Shown: positions 9,015 through 17,837 of the stretch, piece after piece | How positions within the stretch are numbered: the first letter of the stretch is position 1 | Layout of the letters: every line of letters begins with the position of its first letter | Source of the DNA: an uncultured Dehalococcoidaceae bacterium | Lineage (GTDB): Bacteria > Chloroflexota > Dehalococcoidia > Dehalococcoidales > RBG-16-60-22 | Length of the DNA stretch: 64,000 bases | Assembly (NCBI GenBank): GCA_964500415.1 | Contig: CAZCOB010000001.1 | Location: 136,267-200,266, forward strand | Direction of reading: 5' to 3' | Translations under genes and position numbers: made by a program | The notes under the pieces: model-generated | What the model was told of the DNA's origin: nothing | Database searches by the model: none | The model's input: only the letters and a program-made list of their open reading frames with translations

Positions 9015-10328
9015 TTGGCGGATATTCGCTCGTTTTACGGTGTACATTACAATCCATCGCCGGTGAAAGACCTGGTGAAGGTTATCTGCCCTCCCTACGA
9101 TGTCATTAATCCCAAGCTACAGCAGGAGCTGTATGAGTGCAACAACTGTAATTTCGTACGTGTTGAGCTCGGGCGCGAGCTGCCGTCCGATAAAGACACG
9201 GATAACCGATATACCCGTGCTGCCGCCACGCTGGAGAAATGGCTGCAACAGGGTATCCTGGAGATTGATAAAGAATCGTCTATTTATGTAGCTGACCACC
9301 ATTTCATACATCACGGCAGAGAACATTGTCGTCGCAGCATCTACTGCCTGGTAAAACTGGAAGAGTGGGATAGAATGGTTGTCCGCCCGCACGAAGGCAC
9401 TCTACCCCGACCCAAAGGCGACCGGTTAAGCCTCTTATGGGCGCTTCAGGCCAATACGAGTCCTGTTATGGCTCTCTACGAGGATAAGAAACGTACCATA
9501 GCCTCGCTGCTGGAGGCGCCGACCGCCGGTAAGCCCGTTCTCGAAGCCGATAACGGAAAAGGAGAAAGCCACAGGCTGTGGGCCGTCAATGATAAGAAGA
9601 TAATCGGTCAAATACACGGTTACCTGTCCGACCGGCCGCTTTATATTGCCGATGGCCACCACCGTTACGAAAGCGCCCTGATTTACCAGCGGGAGAGGCG
9701 CACTGCTTCTTCAGCGGAGATTAAGGAAGCCCCCTACGATTTCGTGATGATGACGCTGGTAAATTTTGAAGATACCGGACTCATTATCCTGCCGGCGCAC
9801 CGCATGGTCAGGGGTCTGCCGCCTTCGTCAATCGATGGTCTGATGACCGGATTAAAAACATGCTTTACCGTCGAAGAATTACCTTTAAATAAAGCTGAGA
9901 TATCATCGCAGGTCAACGGGCTGCTGTCCGCAGATACGGATGAATTGAAGCTCGTTCTTTACGGTTTGAATACAGATCGGTTTTTATTGCTGAAACTGCG
10001 CGATTTCGATAAAGTCAGCCAGATGATGCCGTACTTTCATTCTTATGCTTACCAGAGGTTAGATGTGAGCATCGTCGACCATGTCATACTGGAGGAGCTT
10101 CTCGGCCTGACTCACGATAAGGTGGGGGCGTTTCTCGACTACACCAATGATACCCTCGATGCCGTTAAGATGGTCGCGGAGCAGGAATATCAGCTGGCGT
10201 TTATCGTCAACCCGGTAAAACCGGAGGCTATCAAGGCTATTGCCGACAGCGGTGACCGCATGCCCCGGAAATCGACCTATTTTTTCCCCAAGACACCGGC
10301 CGGGCTCGTGTTATACAGGTTCGGTTAA
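9015..10328 (+). CDS. DUF1015-family protein
   Basis: 437 aa, TTG start. ICPPYDVI, LYIADGHHRYESAL and RMPRKSTYFFPK are DUF1015 hallmarks as I recall them. Confidence 0.7.
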   Translation: MADIRSFYGVHYNPSPVKDLVKVICPPYDVINPKLQQELYECNNCNFVRVELGRELPSDKDTDNRYTRAAATLEKWLQQGILEIDKESSIYVADHHFIHHGREHCRRSIYCLVKLEEWDRMVVRPHEGTLPRPKGDRLSLLWALQANTSPVMALYEDKKRTIASLLEAPTAGKPVLEADNGKGESHRLWAVNDKKIIGQIHGYLSDRPLYIADGHHRYESALIYQRERRTASSAEIKEAPYDFVMMTLVNFEDTGLIILPAHRMVRGLPPSSIDGLMTGLKTCFTVEELPLNKAEISSQVNGLLSADTDELKLVLYGLNTDRFLLLKLRDFDKVSQMMPYFHSYAYQRLDVSIVDHVILEELLGLTHDKVGAFLDYTNDTLDAVKMVAEQEYQLAFIVNPVKPEAIKAIADSGDRMPRKSTYFFPKTPAGLVLYRFG

Positions 10329-10470
10329 TGCTGTCTTTCCTGCCGGTGCAACCTTAATATTCGTGCGGTAATACTGAAAAGCTGGCGTTAAATTTACGTT
10401 TGACGCCAGGCTGGGATTTTATAGTATAATAAATGTATAATTGGCTGTTTTAACAGCAGGAGAAGGAAGC

Positions 10471-11403
10471 GTGCTGATTGAGGAAGAGTTAGCCGTATTT
10501 TCACCCGAAAAGAATACAATTATAACGGTCGGTGTTTTCGATGGCGTGCACCTGGGCCACAAGCACCTGATTGCCGAATTGCTGCAGGAGGCTGGGCAGA
10601 GGGGCATGCTTTCCGGCGTGGTAACGTTCCGCCAACATCCCGAGGACCTTCTTTCCTCAAAACAAAAACTGCCCTTTTTAACCGATATCCAGACGAGGAT
10701 AAGGCTTCTCCAGAATGAGGGTATTGATATTATCGTGCCTCTATCGTTTAATAAAGAACTGGCTGGACTGGATGCGCATCGGTTTATCGGCCTGTTACAC
10801 AAGCATCTCAGGATGCGTGGTATGGTAATCGGCTCGGATTTCGCTCTCGGCAAGGGGAGGGAAGGCCACACCGATACCCTACGCCGACTCGGCAGGGAGA
10901 TGGATTTCAGCGTCACCGTGGTGCCGCCGCTGCAAATCAATGGAGAGGTAGTCAGCAGCACCGCCATCAGAAAGGCGATGGCTCAGGGAAATATGGAGAG
11001 AGTAAGCCGGCTTACCGGCCGTTACTTCAGCCTGCACGGCAAGGTGGTTACCGGGGCAGGAAGGGGAGGGGGCCTGGGATTTCCTACCGCCAACCTGGAC
11101 GTCAATTCCGGGCAGGCCCTGCCTCCCGATGGTGTTTACGCCGGACTGGCGCATATCGACGGTAAAATATACCAGTCGATGACCAATATCGGCAAGGACC
11201 CGACGTTCGGAGGCACCGAACGTACTGTCGAATCTTACCTCCTCGATTATAGCGGCGACCTTTACGGCCAGGAGCTATCGGTCGATTTCATCGCCAAGCT
11301 CCGCGATGAGAAGATATTCGCCAGCGCCGATGAGCTTAAGAAACAGGTAGCCGAGGATGTCAGGCGGGGGAAGGCGATACTGGAATCTACAGGTGTGAGT
11401 TAG
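10471..11403 (+). CDS. ribF: Bifunctional riboflavin kinase / FMN adenylyltransferase
   Basis: GVFDGVHLGHKHLI and GFPTANL motifs. I prefer GTG 10471 (preceded by GGAGAAGGA) over the track's TTG 10441. Confidence 0.85.
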   Translation: MLIEEELAVFSPEKNTIITVGVFDGVHLGHKHLIAELLQEAGQRGMLSGVVTFRQHPEDLLSSKQKLPFLTDIQTRIRLLQNEGIDIIVPLSFNKELAGLDAHRFIGLLHKHLRMRGMVIGSDFALGKGREGHTDTLRRLGREMDFSVTVVPPLQINGEVVSSTAIRKAMAQGNMERVSRLTGRYFSLHGKVVTGAGRGGGLGFPTANLDVNSGQALPPDGVYAGLAHIDGKIYQSMTNIGKDPTFGGTERTVESYLLDYSGDLYGQELSVDFIAKLRDEKIFASADELKKQVAEDVRRGKAILESTGVS

Positions 11404-11418
11404 CCAGGAGGATTACAG

Positions 11419-12708
11419 GTGGACTCAATAGATAAACAGGTCTCTATTTACATGCAAGGCTCTGAGTTTGGCGACCCGCAAATTAAAGAGATGATGACCG
11501 GAGAACTAAAACAGAAACTGATTGAAGCCAGAGATGAGGGGCGTCCGCTCCGGGTTTACTGTGGTTATGACGTTACCGCCCCCGATATTCACCTGGGTCA
11601 TACCATCACTATGCGTAAATTACGCCAGTTCCAAGAGTTCGGCCATGACGTAACTTTCCTCATAGGTACTTTTACCACATTAATCGGCGACCCCAGCGAC
11701 CGGGACGAAGCACGCTCCATGGCGCTGCAGGAAGAAGTCCAGAAAAATGCTAAAACATATGCCGAGCAGGCATTCAAAATACTTGACCCGGAGAAGACCA
11801 AAGTCCGTTATAATTTCGAATGGTTGAGCAAGCTGACCTTTGCCGATGTCATCGGTATGGCTTCATATTTTACCGTTCAGCAGTTTTTAGTTCGCGACCG
11901 ACTCCGTAATCGTTATGATAGTAACGACCCCATCTGGTTACGTGAGTTGCTTTATCCTCTGGCTCAAGGTTATGACGCGGTTTCCCTGAAAGCCGACGTA
12001 CAAATCGGGGCTACTGAGCAGCTTTTTAATCTGATGTCCGGACGCAAACTTCAGGAGGTCTTCGGACAGAAGCCGCAGGTATGCCTCACCTTCCCGGTAC
12101 TGGTGGGGACCGACGGCGTTCAGAGGATGAGTAAAAGTACGGGTAACTACATCGGTGTTACCGAACCGCCGGAGCAGATATACGGCAAAACCATGTCTAT
12201 TCCCGATGGCATTATGATGCAATACTTTGAATTGCTGACCGATGTCCCGACGGATGAACTGGCAGAAATAAAGAAGCTGCTTGATAGCGGTTCAAATCCC
12301 ATGGACTTAAAAAAACATCTGGCCAGGGATATCGTTACACAGCTTTACAGCGAAAAAGACGCTAATGAGGCGGAGAAGCATTTTGAGAAGGTGGTGCAGA
12401 AGAAAGAAGTGCCGGACGAAATCCCCGAGTGTCCTATATCTTTTAACAAGTTTAGAGAATTTCTAATGCAAATTGGTCAAACGCAAGAAGCAACGACGCC
12501 AAATATTCGTTCAGCGATTAACATGAATCGGCTGATTGTGGAAATAGGTTTAGCTAAGAGTCACAGTGAAGTTGGTAGATTAATTGCCCAAGGTGCTGTG
12601 AAGATAAATGGCGAAAAATTAACCAGTAATGTAGCCCATGTCGATGACATTTTTATTATCAATGTCGGCAAACGCCGTTTCGCTAGAGTAATAAATTCTG
12701 ATACATAA
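11419..12708 (+). CDS. tyrS: Tyrosine--tRNA ligase
   Basis: 429 aa. HIGH-type HLGH, KMSKS-type RMSKS, C-terminal S4-like domain; GTG start after AGGAGG. Confidence 0.85.
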   Translation: MDSIDKQVSIYMQGSEFGDPQIKEMMTGELKQKLIEARDEGRPLRVYCGYDVTAPDIHLGHTITMRKLRQFQEFGHDVTFLIGTFTTLIGDPSDRDEARSMALQEEVQKNAKTYAEQAFKILDPEKTKVRYNFEWLSKLTFADVIGMASYFTVQQFLVRDRLRNRYDSNDPIWLRELLYPLAQGYDAVSLKADVQIGATEQLFNLMSGRKLQEVFGQKPQVCLTFPVLVGTDGVQRMSKSTGNYIGVTEPPEQIYGKTMSIPDGIMMQYFELLTDVPTDELAEIKKLLDSGSNPMDLKKHLARDIVTQLYSEKDANEAEKHFEKVVQKKEVPDEIPECPISFNKFREFLMQIGQTQEATTPNIRSAINMNRLIVEIGLAKSHSEVGRLIAQGAVKINGEKLTSNVAHVDDIFIINVGKRRFARVINSDT

Positions 12709-12726
12709 ACTATACAAGGAGACCAA

Positions 12727-13827
12727 ATGTCACAATTACGCGTCCCCGGACCGACCCCCTGCCCGCCGGAAGTCCTTCAGGCGATGGGCTGGCCCATGAT
12801 TAACCACCGCGGGCCGGAGTATAAGAAAATGCACCAGGAAGTCACCCAAGAATTGAAGCAGGTCTTCCAGACTAAGAACGATTTATATATACTCACCGGC
12901 TCCGGTACCGGCGGTCTTGAAGCTGCCGTGGTCAATATGCTGTCGCCGGGTGATAAGATACTGTCGGTATCCATCGGCGTTTTCGGCGACCGCTGGGCGA
13001 ATATCGCTAAAACGTTCGGGGCCGATGTCGTCTCTCTCAATTACGAGTGGGGCAGGGCCGCCGACCCCGCTGCCGTCGCTGAAGCTATCAAGGTCAACCC
13101 GGATATTAAAGCGGTGCTGGTGACTCATAATGAGACATCCACCGGCGTTACCAATCCTCTTGAGCCTATCTGCGGGGTGGTGAAAGACGCCGGCAAGTTG
13201 CTCCTCGTCGATGCCATCAGCAGCCTGTCCTCCATCGACCTTCCGGTGGATAAATGGGGCTGTGACGTAGTCGTCACGGGTTCGCAGAAGGGCTGGAAGG
13301 TGCCGCCGGGTCTGTCCATGGTCAGTATCAGTCCTGAGGCCTGGAAAGCATTCGAGCAGGCTAAAATGCCCCGATTCTACTGGGACTTCGGTAAAGCCAG
13401 GAGCTATTATAATGATAAAGCCGAGAATCCCTGGACGCCGGCCATCTCGGTGGTCTTTGCTCTTTCGGTATCGCTGAAAGTGATGCTGAAGGAAGGACTG
13501 CCGGGTATCTTCGCCAGGCAGGCGCACATCGGCCAGATGACCCGCGAAGGTGTAAAAGCGCTGGGGCTATCGATTTTCGCCGATGAAAAATATGCCTCGA
13601 ACACCGTTTCGGCGGTGGCGATTCCCGGGGGAGTCGATGGTAAAAAGCTGCGCCAGCTTATGCAGTCCGAACATGGAATCGTCCTGGCTGGCGGCCAGCA
13701 GCGCCTTGATGGTAAAATATTCCGTATCGGCCACCTCGGCCTGGTAACCGAAGACGACATTAAGGAAGTAATTGCCGCGCTCAGGGAAGTCCTGCCCAAA
13801 GCAGGCTTTACCGGAGTAAAAAAGTAA
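12727..13827 (+). CDS. Class V (AGXT-type) aminotransferase, probable phosphoserine aminotransferase role
   Basis: 366 aa. PGPTP start and SQKGW PLP-lysine motif; lies directly upstream of serA. Confidence 0.8.
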   Translation: MSQLRVPGPTPCPPEVLQAMGWPMINHRGPEYKKMHQEVTQELKQVFQTKNDLYILTGSGTGGLEAAVVNMLSPGDKILSVSIGVFGDRWANIAKTFGADVVSLNYEWGRAADPAAVAEAIKVNPDIKAVLVTHNETSTGVTNPLEPICGVVKDAGKLLLVDAISSLSSIDLPVDKWGCDVVVTGSQKGWKVPPGLSMVSISPEAWKAFEQAKMPRFYWDFGKARSYYNDKAENPWTPAISVVFALSVSLKVMLKEGLPGIFARQAHIGQMTREGVKALGLSIFADEKYASNTVSAVAIPGGVDGKKLRQLMQSEHGIVLAGGQQRLDGKIFRIGHLGLVTEDDIKEVIAALREVLPKAGFTGVKK

Positions 13828-13837
13828 GGAAACATAT

Positions 13838-15430
13838 ATGGCGAATATAAAAAAGCGGGTACTGATTACCGACCAGGTTTCTGAAGAGGGGATAGAAATC
13901 CTGCGGAAAGAAGCCCGGGTAGATGTAAAAGTCGGGATGAAACCGGAGGAAATAATCGGTGTTATCGGCGACTACGAAGCCCTGATGGTGCGCAGCCAGA
14001 CAAAGGTCACGGCCGATATTATCGAGGCCGGTAAGAAATTACAGGTAATCGCCCGGGCCGGCGTCGGAATCGACAATATCGATGTCGAGACGGCGACACG
14101 CTGCGGCGTGGTCGTGGTGAATGCCCCGACCGGCAATACGGTCTCCGCCGCCGAGCACACCATTGCCCTCCTGCTGGCATCGGCGCGCAATATACCGCAG
14201 GCTAACAGGCTGCTCAAGTCCGGCGTGTGGCGCCGGAGCGAATTCATGGGCACGGAACTGAGGGGCAAGACACTGGGCATTATCGGTTTGGGCAATGTCG
14301 GCTCGGAGGTTGCCCGGCGCGCGCAGGGATTTGAGATGAAGCTGCTGGGTAGCGACCCCCTGGTTTCCGAGGAATACGCCCAGAAACTCCAGGTAGAGCT
14401 CGTTGACATGGAGCGGCTTTTCAAAGAATCTGACTTTATTACTCTCCACCTCCCGCTGACCGCGCAGACCCGGGGCATCATCGGCGCCAGGGAACTGGCC
14501 ATGTGCAGGCCTTCGGCCCGTATCATCAACTGCGCGCGGGGCGGCCTCATCGATGAAAAAGCGCTGATTAAGGCGATAAATGAGAAGAAATTAGCCGGGG
14601 CGGCTATCGACGTTTTTGAGAAGGAACCCTGTACCGAGAGCATCCTCTTCGGAGTGGAAAATATTATCGTTACGCCCCATCTGGGGGCTTCCACGACCGA
14701 GGCGCAGGTCCTGGCGGCACGGGATGTCGCCGAGCAGATTGCAGACGTTTTCCGGGGGCAGCCGGCCCGGTCGGCCATTAATGTTCCTTACATACCTTCG
14801 GAGACCCTGGCGGCGCTGGCGCCCTATATGAAGCTGGCGAAGACGCTGTGCAAAATAGTCTACAGGCTGTCCGAGGGACAGGCGAGGAAAATCCGCATCG
14901 GGTACGAAGGCGATATCGCCAACTACGACACCAATGCCCTCAAGGCGGCTGTCGTCGGCGGCCTGCTCGAAGGCATCAGCGAAGAACGGGTCAATATCGT
15001 CAACTGCAACCTGATAGCCGCCAAGCGCGGCCTGACCGTCACTGAAGAAAAAGAGGCTACCTGTGAAAACTACACCAGTGTCCTTACCGTGGAAATATCT
15101 ACCAACCGGGGCATCTGTGCCGTCGCCGGGACAGTCATGCATGATGAATTGCATATCGTGCGGGTAAACGAATACTGGCTGGATATCGTGCCCATTCCCG
15201 GGTCTTACTTCCTGTTCAGTGACCACCTCGACCGTCCCGGATTTATCGGGGCGATTGGTAAAATCACCGGTGACGCCGATATCAATATCAGCTTCATGCA
15301 CCTGGGTCGCCTCAAGCGGCGGGGACAGGCCCTGCTGGTTTTAACCCTGGACGAGCCTCTGCCGGAGAAGCAGCAGCAGCAGATACTGGCCATACCCGAC
15401 GTCTATTCCGTCAAGCTGGTAGAACTATAA
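13838..15430 (+). CDS. serA: D-3-phosphoglycerate dehydrogenase (long form with ACT domain)
   Basis: 530 aa. GIIGLGNVGSEVA Rossmann motif, NCARGGLID, C-terminal ACT-like region. Confidence 0.9.
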   Translation: MANIKKRVLITDQVSEEGIEILRKEARVDVKVGMKPEEIIGVIGDYEALMVRSQTKVTADIIEAGKKLQVIARAGVGIDNIDVETATRCGVVVVNAPTGNTVSAAEHTIALLLASARNIPQANRLLKSGVWRRSEFMGTELRGKTLGIIGLGNVGSEVARRAQGFEMKLLGSDPLVSEEYAQKLQVELVDMERLFKESDFITLHLPLTAQTRGIIGARELAMCRPSARIINCARGGLIDEKALIKAINEKKLAGAAIDVFEKEPCTESILFGVENIIVTPHLGASTTEAQVLAARDVAEQIADVFRGQPARSAINVPYIPSETLAALAPYMKLAKTLCKIVYRLSEGQARKIRIGYEGDIANYDTNALKAAVVGGLLEGISEERVNIVNCNLIAAKRGLTVTEEKEATCENYTSVLTVEISTNRGICAVAGTVMHDELHIVRVNEYWLDIVPIPGSYFLFSDHLDRPGFIGAIGKITGDADINISFMHLGRLKRRGQALLVLTLDEPLPEKQQQQILAIPDVYSVKLVEL

Positions 15431-15539
15431 TCGGTTATATTAATAACGTCCTTTCTTTATTGTTTTATGTCATGCCATTAATTGACTTGACCTATCAGCG
15501 GTGTTATCATACCTCAGAGAAAACGGATAAGGTAGTGGG

Positions 15540-16142
15540 ATGTCACCGCTGAGCGATCTTTACCAGCAGGTAGCACTCTGTCAGAAGTGTGAAATAGCTA
15601 AATTTCGCACCAAGGTGGTGCCCGGCGAGGGGGCGGAAGACGCGGATATTATGTTCATCGGCGAGGCGCCCGGCTGGCATGAAGACCAGCAGGGACGGCC
15701 TTTCGTGGGGCCGGCCGGGCAGTTCCTGGACAAGCTGCTGGCTTCCATCAACCTGAACCGCCAGCAGGTTTATATCGCCAATGTCATTAAGTGCCGCCCC
15801 ACCGACAACCGCGACCCCCTGCCCACGGAAATTCAGAACTGCCGGCCCTGGCTGGACGAGCAGATAGAAATCATCAAGCCAAAGATGATTGTTACCCTGG
15901 GGCGTTACTCGATGGCGAGGTACTTTCCCGGCAAGAGCATCAGTAAAATACACGGGACGGCTCAAAAGCGTGATGACATTATCTACTATGCCATGTATCA
16001 CCCGGCGGCGGCCCTCCACCAGCAGAGCCTGCGCCAGGCTATAGAAGCCGATATGTTGAAGATTCCGAAAATAATGGACGAAGCTACGAGTGTCCAGGAA
16101 GAAAAGCCGCAGCCGCAGCAGTTGAATATGTTTGAGGTATAA
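15540..16142 (+). CDS. Family 4 uracil-DNA glycosylase
   Basis: 200 aa. C-x2-C near the N-terminus, GEAPG motif, HPAAAL. Confidence 0.85.
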   Translation: MSPLSDLYQQVALCQKCEIAKFRTKVVPGEGAEDADIMFIGEAPGWHEDQQGRPFVGPAGQFLDKLLASINLNRQQVYIANVIKCRPTDNRDPLPTEIQNCRPWLDEQIEIIKPKMIVTLGRYSMARYFPGKSISKIHGTAQKRDDIIYYAMYHPAAALHQQSLRQAIEADMLKIPKIMDEATSVQEEKPQPQQLNMFEV

Positions 16143-16146
16143 TGTT

Positions 16147-17808
16147 ATGTCAAGGCCAAAGGTAAAAGTCATCCCCCTCGGGGGACTTGGTGAAATAGGC
16201 AAGAACATGATGGTGATGGAGTACGAGGATGATATCATCGTCATCGACGCCGGGCTCATGTTCCCGGAAGAAGAGATGCTCGGCATCGACCTGGTTATTC
16301 CCGACCTCGGCTATGTCGTGGAAAGAAAAGATAAAATCAGGGGTATTATTATCACCCACGGTCATGAAGACCACATCGGAGCCCTGCCCTATTTACTGCC
16401 CCAGCTCGATAACGTCCCCGTTTACTCTACGAAGCTTACCAACGGGCTTATCCGGGTCAAGCTGAAAGAGCGGAGAACCCGCGAGGGGGTCAACCTGAAA
16501 ATACTGGACACCGGCAAGGAAATCAGCCTCGGCAAGTTTAAAATCGAGCTGTTTCCCGTCTGCCACAGCATCCCCGATGCCGTCGGCATCATCGTGCGCA
16601 CGCCGGAGGGAATCATTATTCACAGCGGCGATTTTAAGATTGACTATACCCCGGTCAGCGGCAAAGGCACCGACCTTTCACGGCTGGCGACACTGGGCGC
16701 CCAGGGAGTCTTGCTGCTGCTTTCCGATTCCACTTATGCCGAGCTACCCGGCTATACGCCCTCCGAGCAGATAGTCGGCGAATCGTTGGAACACGTCATC
16801 GCCAATGCCCCGGGTCGAGTGATTGTCACCACCTTCTCTTCACTGATTTCGCGCGTGCAGCAGGTTATCGATGCCGCCGCCAAGTACGAGCGTCGCGTCT
16901 TCATCGTTGGCCGCAGCATGTCCGATACGGTACATATGGCCTTGGAACTGGGCTATCTTAATGCTCCCGATGGCCTGCTGGGGCGTATCGATGAACTGAA
17001 AGGCCTGCCGCCTGAAAAGATAGTCCTGGTAACCACCGGCAGCCAGGGAGAGCCTACTTCCGCGCTGGTGCGTATGGCTAACCGCGACCACCGCCACGTT
17101 CACATACAGCGCGGCGACACCATAGTGCTCTCGGCGACTCCCGTCCCGGGCAACGAATCGCTGGTCAACCGGACCGTGGACAATATTTTCAAGCAGGGCG
17201 CCCGCGTCCTGTACAACAAGCTGGGACAGGTGCATGTCCACGGCCACGGCAGCCAGGAAGAGCTGAAGCTGATACTGAGCCTGGTAAAGCCGAAATTTTT
17301 CGTGCCTATCCACGGGGAATACCGCCATCTTAGCCTTCACGCCAGCCTGGCGGAGTCGGTGGGTATCCCCACCGATAACATATTCGTCATGGAAGACGGC
17401 GATGTCCTCGAACTCAACGCCGATACGGCTAAAATCAATGGCAAGGTCGGCTCCGGGCATGTCTACGTCGATGGTTTAAGTGTCGGCGATATCGGAGGGG
17501 TTGTCCTGCGCACGCGCCGTATGCTTTCCCGCGATGGTATCGTCGTGGTAATCATCGCTGTCAACCGCCAGACCGGCAAGCTGGTAGGCCGACCGGACAT
17601 CGTTACCAGGGGCTTTATCGATACCAGGGAGTTCAAGGACATGATGAACGAGAGCCGCGAGTTGCTGGCTAAAACGCTGGACCACAGCGGCGGGCGTATC
17701 GCCGAGTGGAGCTTTATCAACACCAAGGTAAAGGATACCCTGGATAAATTTTATTACCAGCGGACCAAGCGCCGTCCCATGATTCTCCCCTTCATGGTAA
17801 AAGTATAA
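16147..17808 (+). CDS. rnj: Ribonuclease J
   Basis: ITHGHEDHIGALP beta-CASP/MBL motifs. ATG 16147 preferred over the upstream TTG 16132. Confidence 0.9.
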   Translation: MSRPKVKVIPLGGLGEIGKNMMVMEYEDDIIVIDAGLMFPEEEMLGIDLVIPDLGYVVERKDKIRGIIITHGHEDHIGALPYLLPQLDNVPVYSTKLTNGLIRVKLKERRTREGVNLKILDTGKEISLGKFKIELFPVCHSIPDAVGIIVRTPEGIIIHSGDFKIDYTPVSGKGTDLSRLATLGAQGVLLLLSDSTYAELPGYTPSEQIVGESLEHVIANAPGRVIVTTFSSLISRVQQVIDAAAKYERRVFIVGRSMSDTVHMALELGYLNAPDGLLGRIDELKGLPPEKIVLVTTGSQGEPTSALVRMANRDHRHVHIQRGDTIVLSATPVPGNESLVNRTVDNIFKQGARVLYNKLGQVHVHGHGSQEELKLILSLVKPKFFVPIHGEYRHLSLHASLAESVGIPTDNIFVMEDGDVLELNADTAKINGKVGSGHVYVDGLSVGDIGGVVLRTRRMLSRDGIVVVIIAVNRQTGKLVGRPDIVTRGFIDTREFKDMMNESRELLAKTLDHSGGRIAEWSFINTKVKDTLDKFYYQRTKRRPMILPFMVKV

Positions 17809-17837
17809 CACCGGGTTTTCCGTATTACAGGAGTCTT

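Noticed and set aside
12289-12299. GGTTCAAATCC, a tRNA T-arm-like motif.
   Set aside because: It lies inside the tyrS reading frame, and no acceptor, D or anticodon stems can be built around it.
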